Assembly (NCBI RefSeq): GCF_009914755.1
Contig: NC_060931.1
DNA: 64,000 nucleotides
Reading direction: 5' to 3' (one strand)
Source: the human T2T-CHM13v2.0 reference genome, Homo sapiens
The position numbers were made by a program, and so were the translations under genes. Every line of letters begins with the position of its first letter. The first letter of the stretch is position 1. The notes beneath the pieces were generated by a model. That model had not been told where the DNA came from. It ran no database searches and saw only the letters and a list, made by a program, of their open reading frames with translations. Positions 63,603 to 64,000 of this stretch are shown piece after piece.

Positions 63603-64000
63603 CATTCTCAGAAACTACTTTGTGATGTGTGCCTTCAACTCACAGAGTTTAACCTTTCTTTTCTTAGAGCAGTTTAGAAACACTCTGCTTGTTATGTCTG
63701 CAAGTGGGTATTTGGACCTCTTTGAGGCCTTCGTTGCAAACGGGGTTTCTTCCTTTCATGCTAGACTAAGAAGAGTTCTCAGTAACTTTTTTGTGTTGTG
63801 TGTATTCAACTCACAGAGTTGAACCTTGCTTTAGAGAGAGCAGATTTGAAACACTCTTGCTGTGGCATTTTCAGGTGGAGATTTCAAGCGATTTGAGGAC
63901 AATTGCAGAAAAGGAAATATCTTCGTATAATAACCAGACAGAATCATTCTCAGAAAGTGCTTTGTGATGTGTGCGTTCAACTCACATAGTTTAACCTTTC

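Larger units (their letters stand above)
1..64000 (+). repeat. Centromeric alpha-satellite HOR array, suprachromosomal family 1 (dimeric)
   Basis: Continuous ~170-bp monomer and 340-bp dimer periodicity with alphoid consensus blocks (CATTCTCAGAAA, TTCAACTCACAGAG, TTTGAAACACTC, GGAAATATCTTC). CENP-B boxes occur in alternate monomers and orientation is constant throughout. Confidence 0.99.
1..64000 (+). repeat. Probable identity: human chromosome 7 D7Z1 (S1C7H1L) 6-mer array
   Basis: 1022-bp 6-mer. EcoRI sites at 113, 795 and 1135 give 682 + 340 bp fragments because the A dimer has GAGTTC instead of GAATTC. The A dimer carries GCTGTGGCATTTTCAGGTGG and AGCGATTTGAGGACAATTGC, which I recall as chr7-specific alphoid primer sequences. 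Not verified by search; a great-ape orthologous array is not excluded. Confidence 0.85.

Noticed and set aside
93-63822. Numerous 60-122 aa ORFs on both strands (MFPNSSMKRK..., MMCAFNSQ..., MNTHNTKK...)
   Set aside because: They recur at HOR periodicity, overlap on opposite strands, often use non-ATG starts and open or close with single satellite variants. They are chance reading frames of alpha satellite, not genes.
1-64000. CRISPR-like array of regularly spaced conserved motifs
   Set aside because: The intervening sequences are themselves near-identical repeats rather than unique spacers, and there are no cas genes.
1-64000. Transposon (L1/Alu) insertion, inversion or unique-sequence island
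   Set aside because: All A-to-A distances are monomer multiples within a few bp, CENP-B boxes stay on one strand, and I saw no poly(A) tail or non-alphoid sequence.
1-64000. Assignment to other SF1 arrays (chr1/5/19, chr10, chr12, chr16 10-mer)
   Set aside because: The dominant 1022-bp unit, 340/682 EcoRI pattern and A-dimer sequence fit D7Z1 better by recall, and the 10-mers here are built from the same A, B and C dimers. Not formally excluded without alignment.
63950-64000. Possible B/C hybrid at the window end (B start with C-type CACATAG)
   Set aside because: Only one diagnostic base is visible before the sequence ends, so it cannot be told apart from a point variant.

Overview
The whole 64 kb window is one uninterrupted, single-orientation array of primate centromeric alpha satellite (~170-bp monomers) of the dimeric suprachromosomal family 1 type, with a CENP-B box in every second monomer. 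The basic higher-order repeat (HOR) is a 1022-bp 6-mer of three dimers, which I label A (342 bp), B (340 bp) and C (340 bp). The 6-mer length, the 340/682-bp EcoRI spacing and the A-dimer sequence fit human chromosome 7 D7Z1 (S1C7H1L); this is from recall, not a database search. I see no genes, RNA genes, transposon insertions or inversions, and the listed ORFs are by-products of the repeat. I found no new gene system. The interest lies in array architecture: 17 of 46 complete A-to-A units are structural variants (4- to 18-mers), two B-C tetramer haplotypes alternate, and there are nested multi-kb duplications. A duplicated single-monomer deletion puts CENP-B boxes in adjacent monomers, and several lineages of degraded CENP-B boxes are being amplified. 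Coordinates were read by eye and breakpoints are approximate.
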